DNA of 63,773 nucleotides, the filler included, from Asterionella formosa (Eukaryota), in the NCBI GenBank assembly GCA_002256025.1. It is 4 parts of 4 records of this genome, joined end to end, with 100 filler letters (N's around TTAATTAATTAA, not from the genome) between each part and the next. Parts side by side here need not be neighbours in the genome. Positions count along the whole stretch, not along the records: positions 47,951 to 63,773 come from NKIB01005244.1; 3 more parts are not named here. One strand, given 5' to 3'. The number at the start of each line of letters is the position of its first letter. Within the stretch, counting starts at the first letter, position 1. The translations under genes and the position numbers were made by a program. This document shows positions 48,850 through 60,127 of this stretch, one piece after another. The notes under the pieces are model-generated. The model did not search any database and was not told the DNA's origin. It was given only the letters and a program-made list of their open reading frames with translations.

Positions 48850-49334
48850 TTATTTTTTGTTCTTGCTACGCTTTCCAGAACCCTTCTTGGGTGGTCCCTT
48901 ACCTCGACGTCGTAGCACCTCCAGTTTTGCTGCTCGTCTTTGTTGCTGGGGCATCATCAATCCAGGAGTAGCCTATATATGTAATGTATATATATATTAT
49001 TGTTAATATGTAATGGTGAAAAAGGAAAAACAACATTTATTTGGTGTGAGCGAAAAATTAAAATGAACTTTGGTTTCATTACATTTGCATAGTAGATATA
49101 TAGATATAGATACAGATATATAAATACACTTACAAGTCTAGCAGCTTTTTCAATAGGCTCAAGGTAATATCGTGCAATATAATATCCGGTGTTTGTCTTT
49201 CGAAGTTGGTTGGCTCCTGTTTTGACGTTGAGAATTGGCAGTTGACCAAAAATGTCGCCTCGAAGCTCTTGAAGTTGGAATTTTGGAAGCTTGGCAACGA
49301 TCTTCCTAACAGTGTTGAGGCCAGGGAAGGACAT
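48850..49334 (-). CDS. MRPS33: Mitochondrial small-subunit ribosomal protein mS33 (Rsm27)
   Basis: Exons 49334-49134 and 48972-48850 (GTAAGT...ATAG, phase 0). LR..IFGQ......KTG...LRK...G..IARYY and the C-terminal RRRGKGPPKKGSGKR. Confidence 0.88.
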
Positions 49335-50117
49335 GATTGTTTGCAGGTACAATATGTAGTTGCTGCAGTATAATGTGAACAAGCACAGCGATGATGGCGA
49401 GTGAAATAAGAGGTCAATTGGGATTGTCACAATGTCGGAAAGTAACAATTGCGTCTCAGCGACAACGAGCGGCATAACAAAAGGTGCCGCTGGTGACATA
49501 CCACATAAACCGATATCCGGTATATAGTAATACAGGATGTCTATTTTAATATACCAGCAATAGTTAGAATTTCATAATCAAGCAAAAGTTATCGTTATTA
49601 TTAAATATAGCTAGTCTGGCAATGAGTGTTCACCGATATATTTATTACCCCGGCGGAGTATATGATACTACGTGGTGGTGGTACCTGGTACTCGGAGTAG
49701 ACTACTACTAACGGTACCTAGTACCGGTAGTTGCATTCAGTGAGCAAAACAAAAGGGAATCCAGAATCCTAATGTAGAGATATGCTTGGCTTGATTCGAA
49801 AATTTCATTCGAGTCAGCAATGATACGGTACTGGTACCAGGTACCCACCCGTACCTGGGACATTCATTCAGGTGGAAGTTACAAGGAACAATAGGGGGCG
49901 GAGAATCACCAATCTGAAATAAAACCGTCGATGATGCGTGTCGTATGACAGTGTATACGGTACATCCAGTTAGTAGACTACCGGTATACGGTATTTGTAT
50001 TGCTTGTTTACAAAAAAACCCTTTATGTAATGTTGTATTACTATTGAGTAGCTGCTCAAAAGCTTGAATGAACTTGAGAATTGGCCCTTTGTCAGCTTGT
50101 ACTCCACCAGATTGTGG

Positions 50118-52637
50118 TTAACCTGTTCGTACTCCCATGTATTCAAAGAATCGAACCACTGACTTGGATTTGCCATTAATAGTAACACTTTCATATCCAA
50201 CAGCAACTCGGTCCCAATTTGCCATTGCAACAGATGGTCCAAATCCCAACCAGGACTCATTTCCAAGTGGCAGACTAGGAATGTCATTAGCCCACTGAAA
50301 CCAGTGGCCAAGCTCACTAAAGCCATATATACGTACTAAACCAGACTTTTCATTAATATTGCGAGATGATGCCATCATGTTGGCACCGGTGTAGTCGATA
50401 TCAACATCAATACCTAGCTCAAGGCCTTGGCTATCTCCTTGCACTCCAAAGCCAGTATCACTGGCGTAGCCCGTTTCATCAAAGGCTACTACTCGAACCA
50501 AACCAGCAGAAGTCACTCCTCCATCCGAAGAAGATTGGGGTTCAGCACTCACAAACGAATCGCCAGCGCCTGCGCATCTCAATTTTAGGCCAAATCGCGA
50601 ATTGGAATATTCTCCAAAAATACCACTATGAACGTATGAAGTCCATTGCTGATCCGCAGAGTATAGATATGCATAAACTTGACCACCATTTTGCCATTTC
50701 TTATCATCGTCGGGAGCAGTGACCAACAATTTAAGGCCACTGTCATCAAACGCCACTGCATGCCCATATCGATCTTGCACAAATGATGAAGTGAGCGTTT
50801 GGCCAAATGGTTCCCATGCCTTCCCTGTGAAGTTGTATGCTTGTACATATCCCACTTGCGAGGAATTTGCATCTGAATACTCAGGAGCACCAACCACCAG
50901 TAAAGAACCATTCCAGTTCAAGGCCACAGAAGATCCAAATGAGCTGTTGACTGAAGGTCCTCCCAAGGTTTGACCTACTTGAATCCAGTTGTTTTGAACA
51001 AACCTAAAGACTCGAACAAATCCATTTCCATTCCCAGGATATCCTATCGCAAGGGTGTTTCCGTCACCGGATATATCCATCCCAACCCCCATTTGGTCCA
51101 AGGTATTGCCAGATATTGATCCTCCAACACGGACTCCAAAAGTGGAAAATTTATTATCTGATCTTGAAGAACCGTCAGTTACAAAGTCATATACATCCAC
51201 TTGTCCATTACCACCTTGCGCTCGCGGACTTGCCACAGCTATTCTTGTTCCATTTGTATTGAAACGGAGCGAATATCCAAATGTTTCTGTTCCTTCACCA
51301 TCAATTTCTCCCACCAATACCCACTGAAGTGATGTTGGTGCCATACTTGGAGCATCTGTTGGTGGTGGAGGAGTAAAAGTTTGGGGTCCCCTGGAAAAGT
51401 TAATGGCCACTGCAATGCCAATACCAAGGGAAATGATTGGAGTAACAACCAAACAAATCTGTGCCTTCCACGAGCGGCAAATGGATGTTCGCTTAGTCTT
51501 GGAACCACGAATGGTACAATCTGGTTGAACCAGAGCTGATCGGACAGGTGACGGTATTCCATCACTTGGTTCATCCCTGGGTAGATCTAATGGGATGGTA
51601 TCGTCATTCAGCAATTGTCTCAATTCAACAGGATCATGACACATCAAACAGTATCCTTTATAGACTTGTCCTTCAATGGTCTGTGGTTCCAGTTTTCTAA
51701 ACATTTTTAGAATCCCATACTTGACTTTTAAGTGTGTCTGTATCTGACCACATTCCATGCACTTGCCAGAAAGTCCCCACTCTGCTTTCAAGACTTTTTC
51801 TGTAACGGCAGTTCCTCGTTCATCTACTGGAAGGAGCATGGCACTATTTCTTCGGTGTGGTGTTGGTGGCGCTCCTGCCGGTAGGGAGGACATGGTGGTG
51901 GTGGCAGCCTCACTAATGATAGGCGTTGTTGTTATATCAGGCAATGTAGACAATGCAGAAACGTTTCCTCTGCGACCTTTGCTGGCAGCCGTGTTGGCCA
52001 CCAGTTCTGTTTGAGTCGAATGTCCCGTTACGACAGAAATGCTGTCCGTTTCGGTCGGTACAGTATTTTGTTTCGATTCTTTTGAATAGGCAGCAACAAT
52101 GGCATCATATTCGTCGTCGATTCTAGCATGTTCATCTTCATCTCTTTCTCGTCGGGAGAACGGCAGCGATGGGCAGGGCTCGTGTTCTGGGATGCTGGAA
52201 ATAATGCTTCGAAGATAACCCTGCAGAGACCCAGCCGGGCCACATTCCTCGTCCATGGGTGGTTCTTCAATAGCATCGTCGTCGTCGTCGTCATTGCTCA
52301 AAACAGAGACATCCAGAGTTGAGGCAGCGGTCGATTCCACAGCGCTAGATCTGACGCTCCTGCCACTGCGGCTAGCGTCCACATCTCCGTACTTCCCCGA
52401 GGGTCTCTTGGCTGGCAACATAGGAACTGTATCATCAATACCCTCATCATTGTTTGTATCGAAGCCATCCATATCGTCCGAGACAAAGACATCCTCCTCC
52501 TTCACTTCCACGTCCGCTTGACTCCCACTCGTGTAATGGGCCCAGCGTGCTTGACCAGCCGTCAAGGACGACGACGACGACGACGTTGGCTGCTTGGTAC
52601 CTGCAGTCGTGGGGTCAGGTGAGTGTTCCAATGGCAT
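50118..52637 (-). CDS. Single-pass membrane protein: disordered N-terminus with a CxxC/CxxC module, TM helix, FG-GAP-like beta-propeller ectodomain
   Basis: TM ICLVVTPIISLGIGIAVAI. Repeats FGYSLRFNTNGTRIAVASP, MGVGMDISGDGNTLAIGYP, FGSSVALNWNGSLLVVGAP and YGHAVAFDDSG. Likely start MPLEHSP at 52637. Confidence 0.8.
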   Translation of the reverse strand: MPLEHSPDPTTAGTKQPTSSSSSSLTAGQARWAHYTSGSQADVEVKEEDVFVSDDMDGFDTNNDEGIDDTVPMLPAKRPSGKYGDVDASRSGRSVRSSAVESTAASTLDVSVLSNDDDDDDAIEEPPMDEECGPAGSLQGYLRSIISSIPEHEPCPSLPFSRRERDEDEHARIDDEYDAIVAAYSKESKQNTVPTETDSISVVTGHSTQTELVANTAASKGRRGNVSALSTLPDITTTPIISEAATTTMSSLPAGAPPTPHRRNSAMLLPVDERGTAVTEKVLKAEWGLSGKCMECGQIQTHLKVKYGILKMFRKLEPQTIEGQVYKGYCLMCHDPVELRQLLNDDTIPLDLPRDEPSDGIPSPVRSALVQPDCTIRGSKTKRTSICRSWKAQICLVVTPIISLGIGIAVAINFSRGPQTFTPPPPTDAPSMAPTSLQWVLVGEIDGEGTETFGYSLRFNTNGTRIAVASPRAQGGNGQVDVYDFVTDGSSRSDNKFSTFGVRVGGSISGNTLDQMGVGMDISGDGNTLAIGYPGNGNGFVRVFRFVQNNWIQVGQTLGGPSVNSSFGSSVALNWNGSLLVVGAPEYSDANSSQVGYVQAYNFTGKAWEPFGQTLTSSFVQDRYGHAVAFDDSGLKLLVTAPDDDKKWQNGGQVYAYLYSADQQWTSYVHSGIFGEYSNSRFGLKLRCAGAGDSFVSAEPQSSSDGGVTSAGLVRVVAFDETGYASDTGFGVQGDSQGLELGIDVDIDYTGANMMASSRNINEKSGLVRIYGFSELGHWFQWANDIPSLPLGNESWLGFGPSVAMANWDRVAVGYESVTINGKSKSVVRFFEYMGVRTG

Positions 52638-55600
52638 GGCGAATTCCAAAAAATGGTTTCTGTTTGTTGCAAGTGAGGAGGAGGACTTTTGGTAGTAAAA
52701 GTAATTCTGGTACCTGGTACTTGGTACCCGGGGTACTAGAGCAAATGACGACATGCTAATGATCATATACCCGGTATGCCTGGTAATTACCAGATACACC
52801 AGTTACTCAAAGAACATGAAAGAAATGCACCTATGTATATGCATATTTCGGTATATCATCATCGTAGGACTACAGTATAGCAAGTTGCTTATCCGTTCTT
52901 CAGCCAACCACCCCTTAAAAAGACATTCTGGCGATCACCTACAGCTAGTATATATAGCGAATTGTGTATCCCAACGCACTTGTTGTTTAAAATATATACC
53001 GGTAAATATGGACACGAAAGTTCTTAAAAACAATTTGCGAAAACCAAACGGGGTAATCCGTGATCTCAATGGTATATAGAATTATATACAATTATAATAA
53101 TTTAAGTACGGCCGTGACCCATTACAGGCAAATTTTGTCCACATAAAAGGGTTCGTATCTCAGTACCTCGACCTTCAATGAGAATATCGACAGATCCACA
53201 ACCTGCTGACTCCGTTGGTTAACAAGACCTGGAAGTTTGATTCTCGCAAGGCATGGAATAGGTTTAGTCGAACTAATCAAACGAACAGGAGAACTCAGTG
53301 GGTCACAGTAGGTCTTCACTGGTACCTGGTACCTGGTACCAGGTACCTGCCTCGTAGAACTTGTCCGATACGGTACCTGGTAGTCTTGTTACCGGGTACC
53401 TGGTACATGGTATTGTCAAGCTGAATGCTGAAGGCTCAGACAGTGCTGGCCTTGATGTTTTCGGCTTGACAGAAGCCTTCATAGAATCATTTCGTCTGCT
53501 GCCTCATGATGCAGAAATATTTCATGCAGACATGTCATAACAATTCTGGTCCAATAATCATAAAAGTGTTTTTTGGCATACATTAATATCCATCATGATC
53601 CAAGTTGTACAACCTACACAAATTAATATCATTGTAGGATAAGGCACAAATATGTTCACACTCCAGGAATTACTATTGAGGCCACCACAAAACTTGGGGG
53701 CACCAGTGCACCAAAAATAGAAATTCTATTGATCATAGGAACCATTTGAACCAACAACAATATCTCTTTTAATGTAGCTATTTACGTTTTAGACCATAGG
53801 GAAAGCGGCGGTGAAGTTAGTTTTCTCATAATTTTTGGTAATTAAAGAAGGGCCAATGCCTTGTACTCCCCTCTAAGTAAATCAATCCATGGCTGTGTAC
53901 ATTGAAGGGTACAAGTGAACCAAATATTTGCTCATCTACCACAGGAAAATAAATAAATTTCAGTCTCAGTGGTTTATGAAAGGGAAAGTGATCAGGGTAG
54001 CGCACCACCTTCCCAGAGAAGATTGCAACTGTTATGATACCAGTCCTTAAAAGGACCTGGTAAAACAAGAAAACTTTTAAATCATATCCTATGCTATGAC
54101 AAATGCTTATCTTAATGCAACCAACAATAATAATCCCTTCACATGTGTCAGACCAGAGGTAATTATCTCCCCTGAAATTGTATCAATGCCAAAAATGTGA
54201 AAAAGGGGATAAACAAGCAAGCATACTAGTAAATAATCAAAGGGGGATATATGCCATTTCTTTCCAGAAGGTCACTTCTGACATTATAGTAATCATGCCT
54301 CTATGTCTTTATCTTCACGAACCCTGCCAATATTGAGCAATCCCCATCTGAAAGGACAGCCCCTCCCAGTGACTATTTTAATCATTGATACAAAATTATT
54401 GGAATAGGAATCATTATGTACAGAAATGTAATCATCCCTGATTATTTTGTATACATATACTTCCATTATGTATACACTAGACTACCATGGTAGTATTAAT
54501 CATGTCATGGATGTTAGTTGATTTTGTTCCTATATGATAACTGCAATGACAAAAACCTGCATACTTCAAAGAAGAATGTGTCCTGTACTTCTAAAAAAGT
54601 CTGCTTATGATGTACACAAAAGCTATTTTTAAGGCAGCATGGAGTTTCCTGCTCTGCCCTGTAGTTCTCTATTGTCTATTTGTGATATATTATAGAAACA
54701 AGCATGAAAAATACTCGTACAATAAACAAATATCGCTGTATTTATAATATTCGCCATGCAGCACCATCATCTGTGTTATCTATCAATGCATACACTGGTA
54801 TATTATCTGAAATAATGGAATTTGTGTGAAAGTTTCATATTGCCAAAGCAGACTTGAATAGAAATAATAATAAAAGAGGACATGCGATAATCCATGAGAA
54901 GATTGGGTTCAGCCTAGCCAGCTCGATGATGACTAGAGGCATAGCTGTGAGAGTCAACATGCTATATCGTTGCTCGCCCAGCGAAAAATACGATTCCTGC
55001 TAACCATGTCGAGATATAAAAGGTACGACGAGTTAGTGCATTGGCGGTGTAAAATTCCTTAAATTCGTGGCGTTCCTCTGCTCCTATTCGTTTCAGGCTC
55101 ATCACCGAACTTGTCATTCAACACCATGATAGGCTCCTAAGCTCCTAGGCTCATCATCAACATAATATAGCAAGAATTTCATTCAATTTAACAGATTCGA
55201 TTGACCATCACTTACCACAAACTCAATCAGAACGTATTACAATGTCAAGGCCATTACACTCTACAAGTGATCAATGATTCCTCCTTCGTTTTATTGTTCA
55301 GGTGTACCGTGAGATGCTGGTCAAGGACAACGAAGCGACATCGCAGCCACAGTCGACATATTTTTATTCAACTCTGAATTGAAACAGAGATGCTTGCTCA
55401 TGCGTCAAAAGAACTTTTGAGTGCATTCAGAGAGCGAACATCTTAATTCGTCTGCTGACCAAATTATGATTGCTCTGGATTACCATACATACATATAAAT
55501 AATATATATGTGGTGACGGCTGTTTTCTAATCTACCGGTCGACCACCAGTAGAAATGTAAACGAGTGGCTGGAAACAATCCACCTATTGATGATAAAAGG

Positions 55601-56667
55601 CTACATATATAATTATATTTATTTTCATACTTCCTTTGGTACGTACACATAACTGTGTCCAGATCAGGCATATAAATCGAGATGCTAATACCGGTGTACT
55701 CGAAGTATTGTTTATAGACTGCCTACAACAACAGAGCATAAAATAAGAAAAGGGGTAGACCACCCTTCCATGATAATCTACAGCGTTGATCATGGTTCAT
55801 ATTGTTTCTTCCTGTGTCCACCTGGTATTTGACAGCCAGCTAATTTTTGTTGTTGATTATAAATACCGGTACATAGTTGACGAAACACATGTGCAATGCG
55901 AGGCTAGGCTGCACTGGAACAGTCCTCATGACCTTCATAGAACATAGAGTTTAGGTTTTATTACCAAGCTACACCCAACTTTCTCAGTCCAATGTCTATG
56001 TATTTAAATAATTGTAGCTACAATACATATCTACCTGCCCATGATTTTGTTTTTACCATGGCCACACAGATGGGTGACGAATCTGAGCCACATGCATGCT
56101 ACTACAATTTGAACAGGGTAATAAACAAAATGTAAAGTACTATCTTGGCCTGACATTACAGAGGGTTTGGGAATAACAAGGAAGAAATAGGTACTCTGAG
56201 TACCAAGTAATAGGTCAGCCATCATAATATTAGACATTTGTGGGTGCTAACTGTGTAGTAAACAACTGTGCATCTCAGATCATTACTCCATGACAAGAAT
56301 GATGATACTATAATGTAGATTTATCTCTTACCATTTGTAGGTACCAAGGCCGCAAGCATATAATCACACTTGAAGGCTCCAATTGAAATATCTTTTGTAC
56401 CACTACAAACTTCCTGCTGCTCTGTAGAGGGTATTCCTTCAATCATGTACCAACAAAAAATTGCTCGTTAAGGGCGAACGAAGGAAATGATGCAATAAAA
56501 ATATTCGCAAATAGAAAGGACATGACAGCACCAATGGCACTTCAACCTGTTCACATGTTGGCTCGCCTGATATGTTTGCTTGGCCAGTTTGCAAGATCGA
56601 CTAACAGGAAAAATGTGAAAGATCTACTAGTAGTATTGCAATATAAAATGATGTACAAACCCTTTGA

Positions 56668-59600
56668 TCATTTTGACGGAGCTCGTGGGTCCTTCTCGTT
56701 TACCCCTTCAAAAGCGGCTTTCCGAGCCGAGTTCACGGCGTTTTCTGTGGCCTTTAATGATTGCGCCGATTGATCCGCAGGAGTTTTATTGTCTGCCTTG
56801 AGCTTCTCCCGAGCAATCTCATAGGCCAAGGCTGCTTTTTCCCGTGTGTCAAAGACACCGATATAGCGCGATTTGCCGGCATAGTAAAGCTGGGCTTGCC
56901 ATTTACCAGAAGGGCGCATCGTGACTCCACGTAATATCGCAGCAGCCAGTGCCGCTGCCTGATCATTCATTCCACCACTCGCAACATTCACAGCTTGAAT
57001 GGCAGCAGTTGATTTATGTCGCTCGGCAGGCTCCGAAATAGGACTCATCTTCTTTGATGACGACGTCTTGACCGGAGATTTCTTCCTCTTCTTCTCAACC
57101 GAAGCGACCACCTGTCCTGGTGTTGGAGGTAATGGTCTCTTGTTAGACGCCTTGCTGGGCTTCAAAAGCTTTGACTTTTTTGGTCCTTCTTTAATAGAGC
57201 TTGATGGTGGATGTTGAGCTGCGTACATAGGCATATGACGCGGTGGAGGGGGTGGATAGTGACTGTAAGGGGGTCCGCCACCAGGCATGTAAGGAGGTGG
57301 AGGATAAGATGCATAAACCCCTGGCGGTGGCGGAGGATATGGCCCTGGATAAGGTGCACCATAGGGACCTTCCATATGATGTGGATGGCGTTGAGGCGAG
57401 TTACCAGGAGGTCGAGACGGTGAACCAGTACCCTTCTTTCCTCGCATTGGTGGAGGCCCCCCTACCACAACCCGCATACTTCCACCAGGAGGCATGTGGT
57501 AGTAAGGTGGTGCATCGGTATGATGATAGTGTGAATGCGACATTGAATATCCCGGTGGAGGCATCTTCTTTGATGTTTTATTTTTCCCCTTTTCACTTTT
57601 GGATATCGGTTGGCTACTTCCTTTTTTCTTTCCTGTATCTGGCCTATTTTCCTTCAAGTGCTCCATCGACATTCCGGTTTTCTTATCTTGATCTACATCG
57701 CCGTCCCCACGAGTGTAGATTTCCCTTGATCCGCCGGATGAGCTCGCCCGGATACCCAATGGGGGAGGGTTAAAGTCGTCGGCGTTCGCATCATCTCTTG
57801 AAAGACTCTTCCGCGCAAGCTTTGTCGAGCCCTCATGACCATTGCCAATCATGGGAAGCTGCAACCGGTCATCTCTTCCGTAACCAACACTCTTTCGATC
57901 ACGAGGTGACCGAAAGACGTGAGCTCCATTTTCGTCCTTTATCCCTCGCGGGGTGTTCCCCCTTGAGTGCGCCGCCAGTTGAAGCAACACGCTAAGATCT
58001 TCGTCTTCCATCAAATCACGTTCGGCCATGTCAACAGCATCTAAACTTGCGTCACTTCGGGTTCGAGATCGAGTTGACTTGGATGGTGAGTCTCCCAATA
58101 GCGGCATATTCCGAGGCTTGATGGATGCAGTAACAAGCCGAGGCGATGCAAAAATGTCTTTGTAGTTCATGGGTGTATTGGTTCGACTATCACGATGTTT
58201 TCTCTTGGATGAAGCCAATGGAGAGATACAAATCATACTTGACATTCCAGAGGCACCAGATGGTCTTGGCGCTGTTCCAGGTTTTGGTGAAGCAAACTCT
58301 CCATTTCGAGGAAGACTTGCCACATCCGAAAAGAAGAAGGACGTGCTAACAGTAGGTGTTCGAGGGGTTCTTGGACCACCAAACCCACGTGGTGTACCAT
58401 GAGCCGATCCCAAGCCACCAGGAGAAAATAAGCCGTTTGCGGTGGGAGACTGGAGCCATGCCAAAACTAATAAATGGCAAATTAGCAAAAAAATCCATGT
58501 ACGACAGTTGATGGATTGTAAATGAGAAGTACTCACCATTGGAAGCGTCAAATGATGGCGACGATTTGTGACCCCTCCCGAAATCCACAGCAAAATCCGT
58601 GGGAGTTGCAACAGCTCTGGCTCGCTCTTGGTCTCGTGACTTGGGAGACTTCTCCTCTTCGAACCTTTTCCTCCGAGGATCGTCGCGATCAAAGGAGTGG
58701 TCCCCTGCAATCATAGAGTATGCCGAGGGTGAAGGGAGGTAAGGTGACAAAAAGGTACCGCAGGGCGAGCATATTTTGGCATCGTGCAAAGAGGGCAATG
58801 ACTGGAAGCCCAATGGGATAGTAGGTGATCGAGTCGGAGTCTTGCGCTAAAAGGAATAATGACACCAGTGTAAGTCTTGGGATCTGAATCCAAGAATGGT
58901 GAAGACAAATGCAACCATTGAAAAAGCTCACCTTTTCTACTGGGAGACTGACAGGGGTCCTATTAGGAGGTGAGAGCACAAAACTCTTTTCCTCCTTCGT
59001 TTCAATTTTGTTTGTTGGTGTTGTGGCGCGTGTAGTAATCTTGTTTGTCGATGGTGATGACGTCAGGGGACTTGTTGTATTCACTTGAGACTGATCCACT
59101 GAAATCGAATTGGGTCGGCCATCCTTCATGGTCAATGGCACAATCTGTTCATCATTTGGTTTTTCTAAAGGACTGTTCGCAACAGCGTCACTGCCAGTAG
59201 TCGAATTGGTGCATGTCAACTCTCCACTTTTCGATGAACACAGAGATGGGACAGCATCATTTTCCTCCTTCACCACAACTCTTGTTCGTTGCGGACTACG
59301 AAATGTCTTGAATTCCAGGACCCCATCGTCCCTTGGTCTGCTCCTTCCGGGAGAGCCATATCGCCCACCCCTTCTAGACACTAGTCCTCCTTTGCCATCT
59401 GAAGAAGATTTGGGTTCCATGTCAGCTTCCTGAACATTTTGCTTTTCAGCATCAAACCTAACTTGTTTCCCTAAAGAAGCATTTCCCTCTCGCATGGCCG
59501 ATTCAGGTGGTGTTACTGAATTGGGAGCTGTGGGGGTTTCTTGTTGATGATCATGATGATGATGGCCACTTGTCATCATTCCAGTGGAGGATGGTTCGCC

Positions 59601-59675
59601 TCCTTCTCTATCTGGAGTTGCAAATGCGGCCCTTGATTTCTTCGTTGTCATGGTAGTGGTGGGTTCTCTAGTCAT
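56668..59675 (-). CDS. AP2/ERF-domain transcription factor with a long low-complexity N-terminus
   Basis: AP2 motif LRGVTMRPSGKWQAQLYYAGKSRYIGVFDTREKAALAYE. Exons 59675-58932, 58840-58537 and 58466-56668 join in frame through GTGAG...AG introns. Confidence 0.9.
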
Positions 59676-59789
59676 AATGGTCCTTTTCTAAAACCGTAAG
59701 AGGAATGATGAATATAGGTGAGAAGAAGGAGTACGTAGAAGGAGTAGTGATGACGATGATGATGATTTGACTTGTTCATGTCTCTCTGC

Positions 59790-60092
59790 AGAGAGAGAGA
59801 GAGAGAGATTACCGGTGGACGATGGCAACAACAGCAAATGGCAAACGACGAACGAAATCAAATTTTCAAGTATCAGCACATCAGCGATTCAAGGATAAAT
59901 TCAAACTGCACTGCACTGCACTGCACTGCACTGCACTGCAGGAGGAATGATCTCGGTCCAATGGTAAGACTCCAAGCACAAATAATGACAGAAGTAATTT
60001 CCGGGACTTTCGACAGTCCTTGATTCAGTAACCTTCCGATTTGCTTCACACACACACACATATATATATGTATCTGCAGAAACAGTGCTTCA

Positions 60093-60126
<34 letters not shown>
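59790..60126. repeat. Microsatellite cluster upstream of the AP2 gene: (GA)n, (CTGCA)7, (CA)n
   Basis: Read directly at ~59790-59808, 59906-59940, ~60047-60060 and ~60096-60126. Confidence 0.9.

Positions 60127-60127
<1 letters not shown>

Noticed and set aside
53450..56400. Possible decayed retroelement or gene in a largely CpG-poor intergenic stretch
   Set aside because: No convincing RT, integrase or transposase motif and no terminal repeats could be read.
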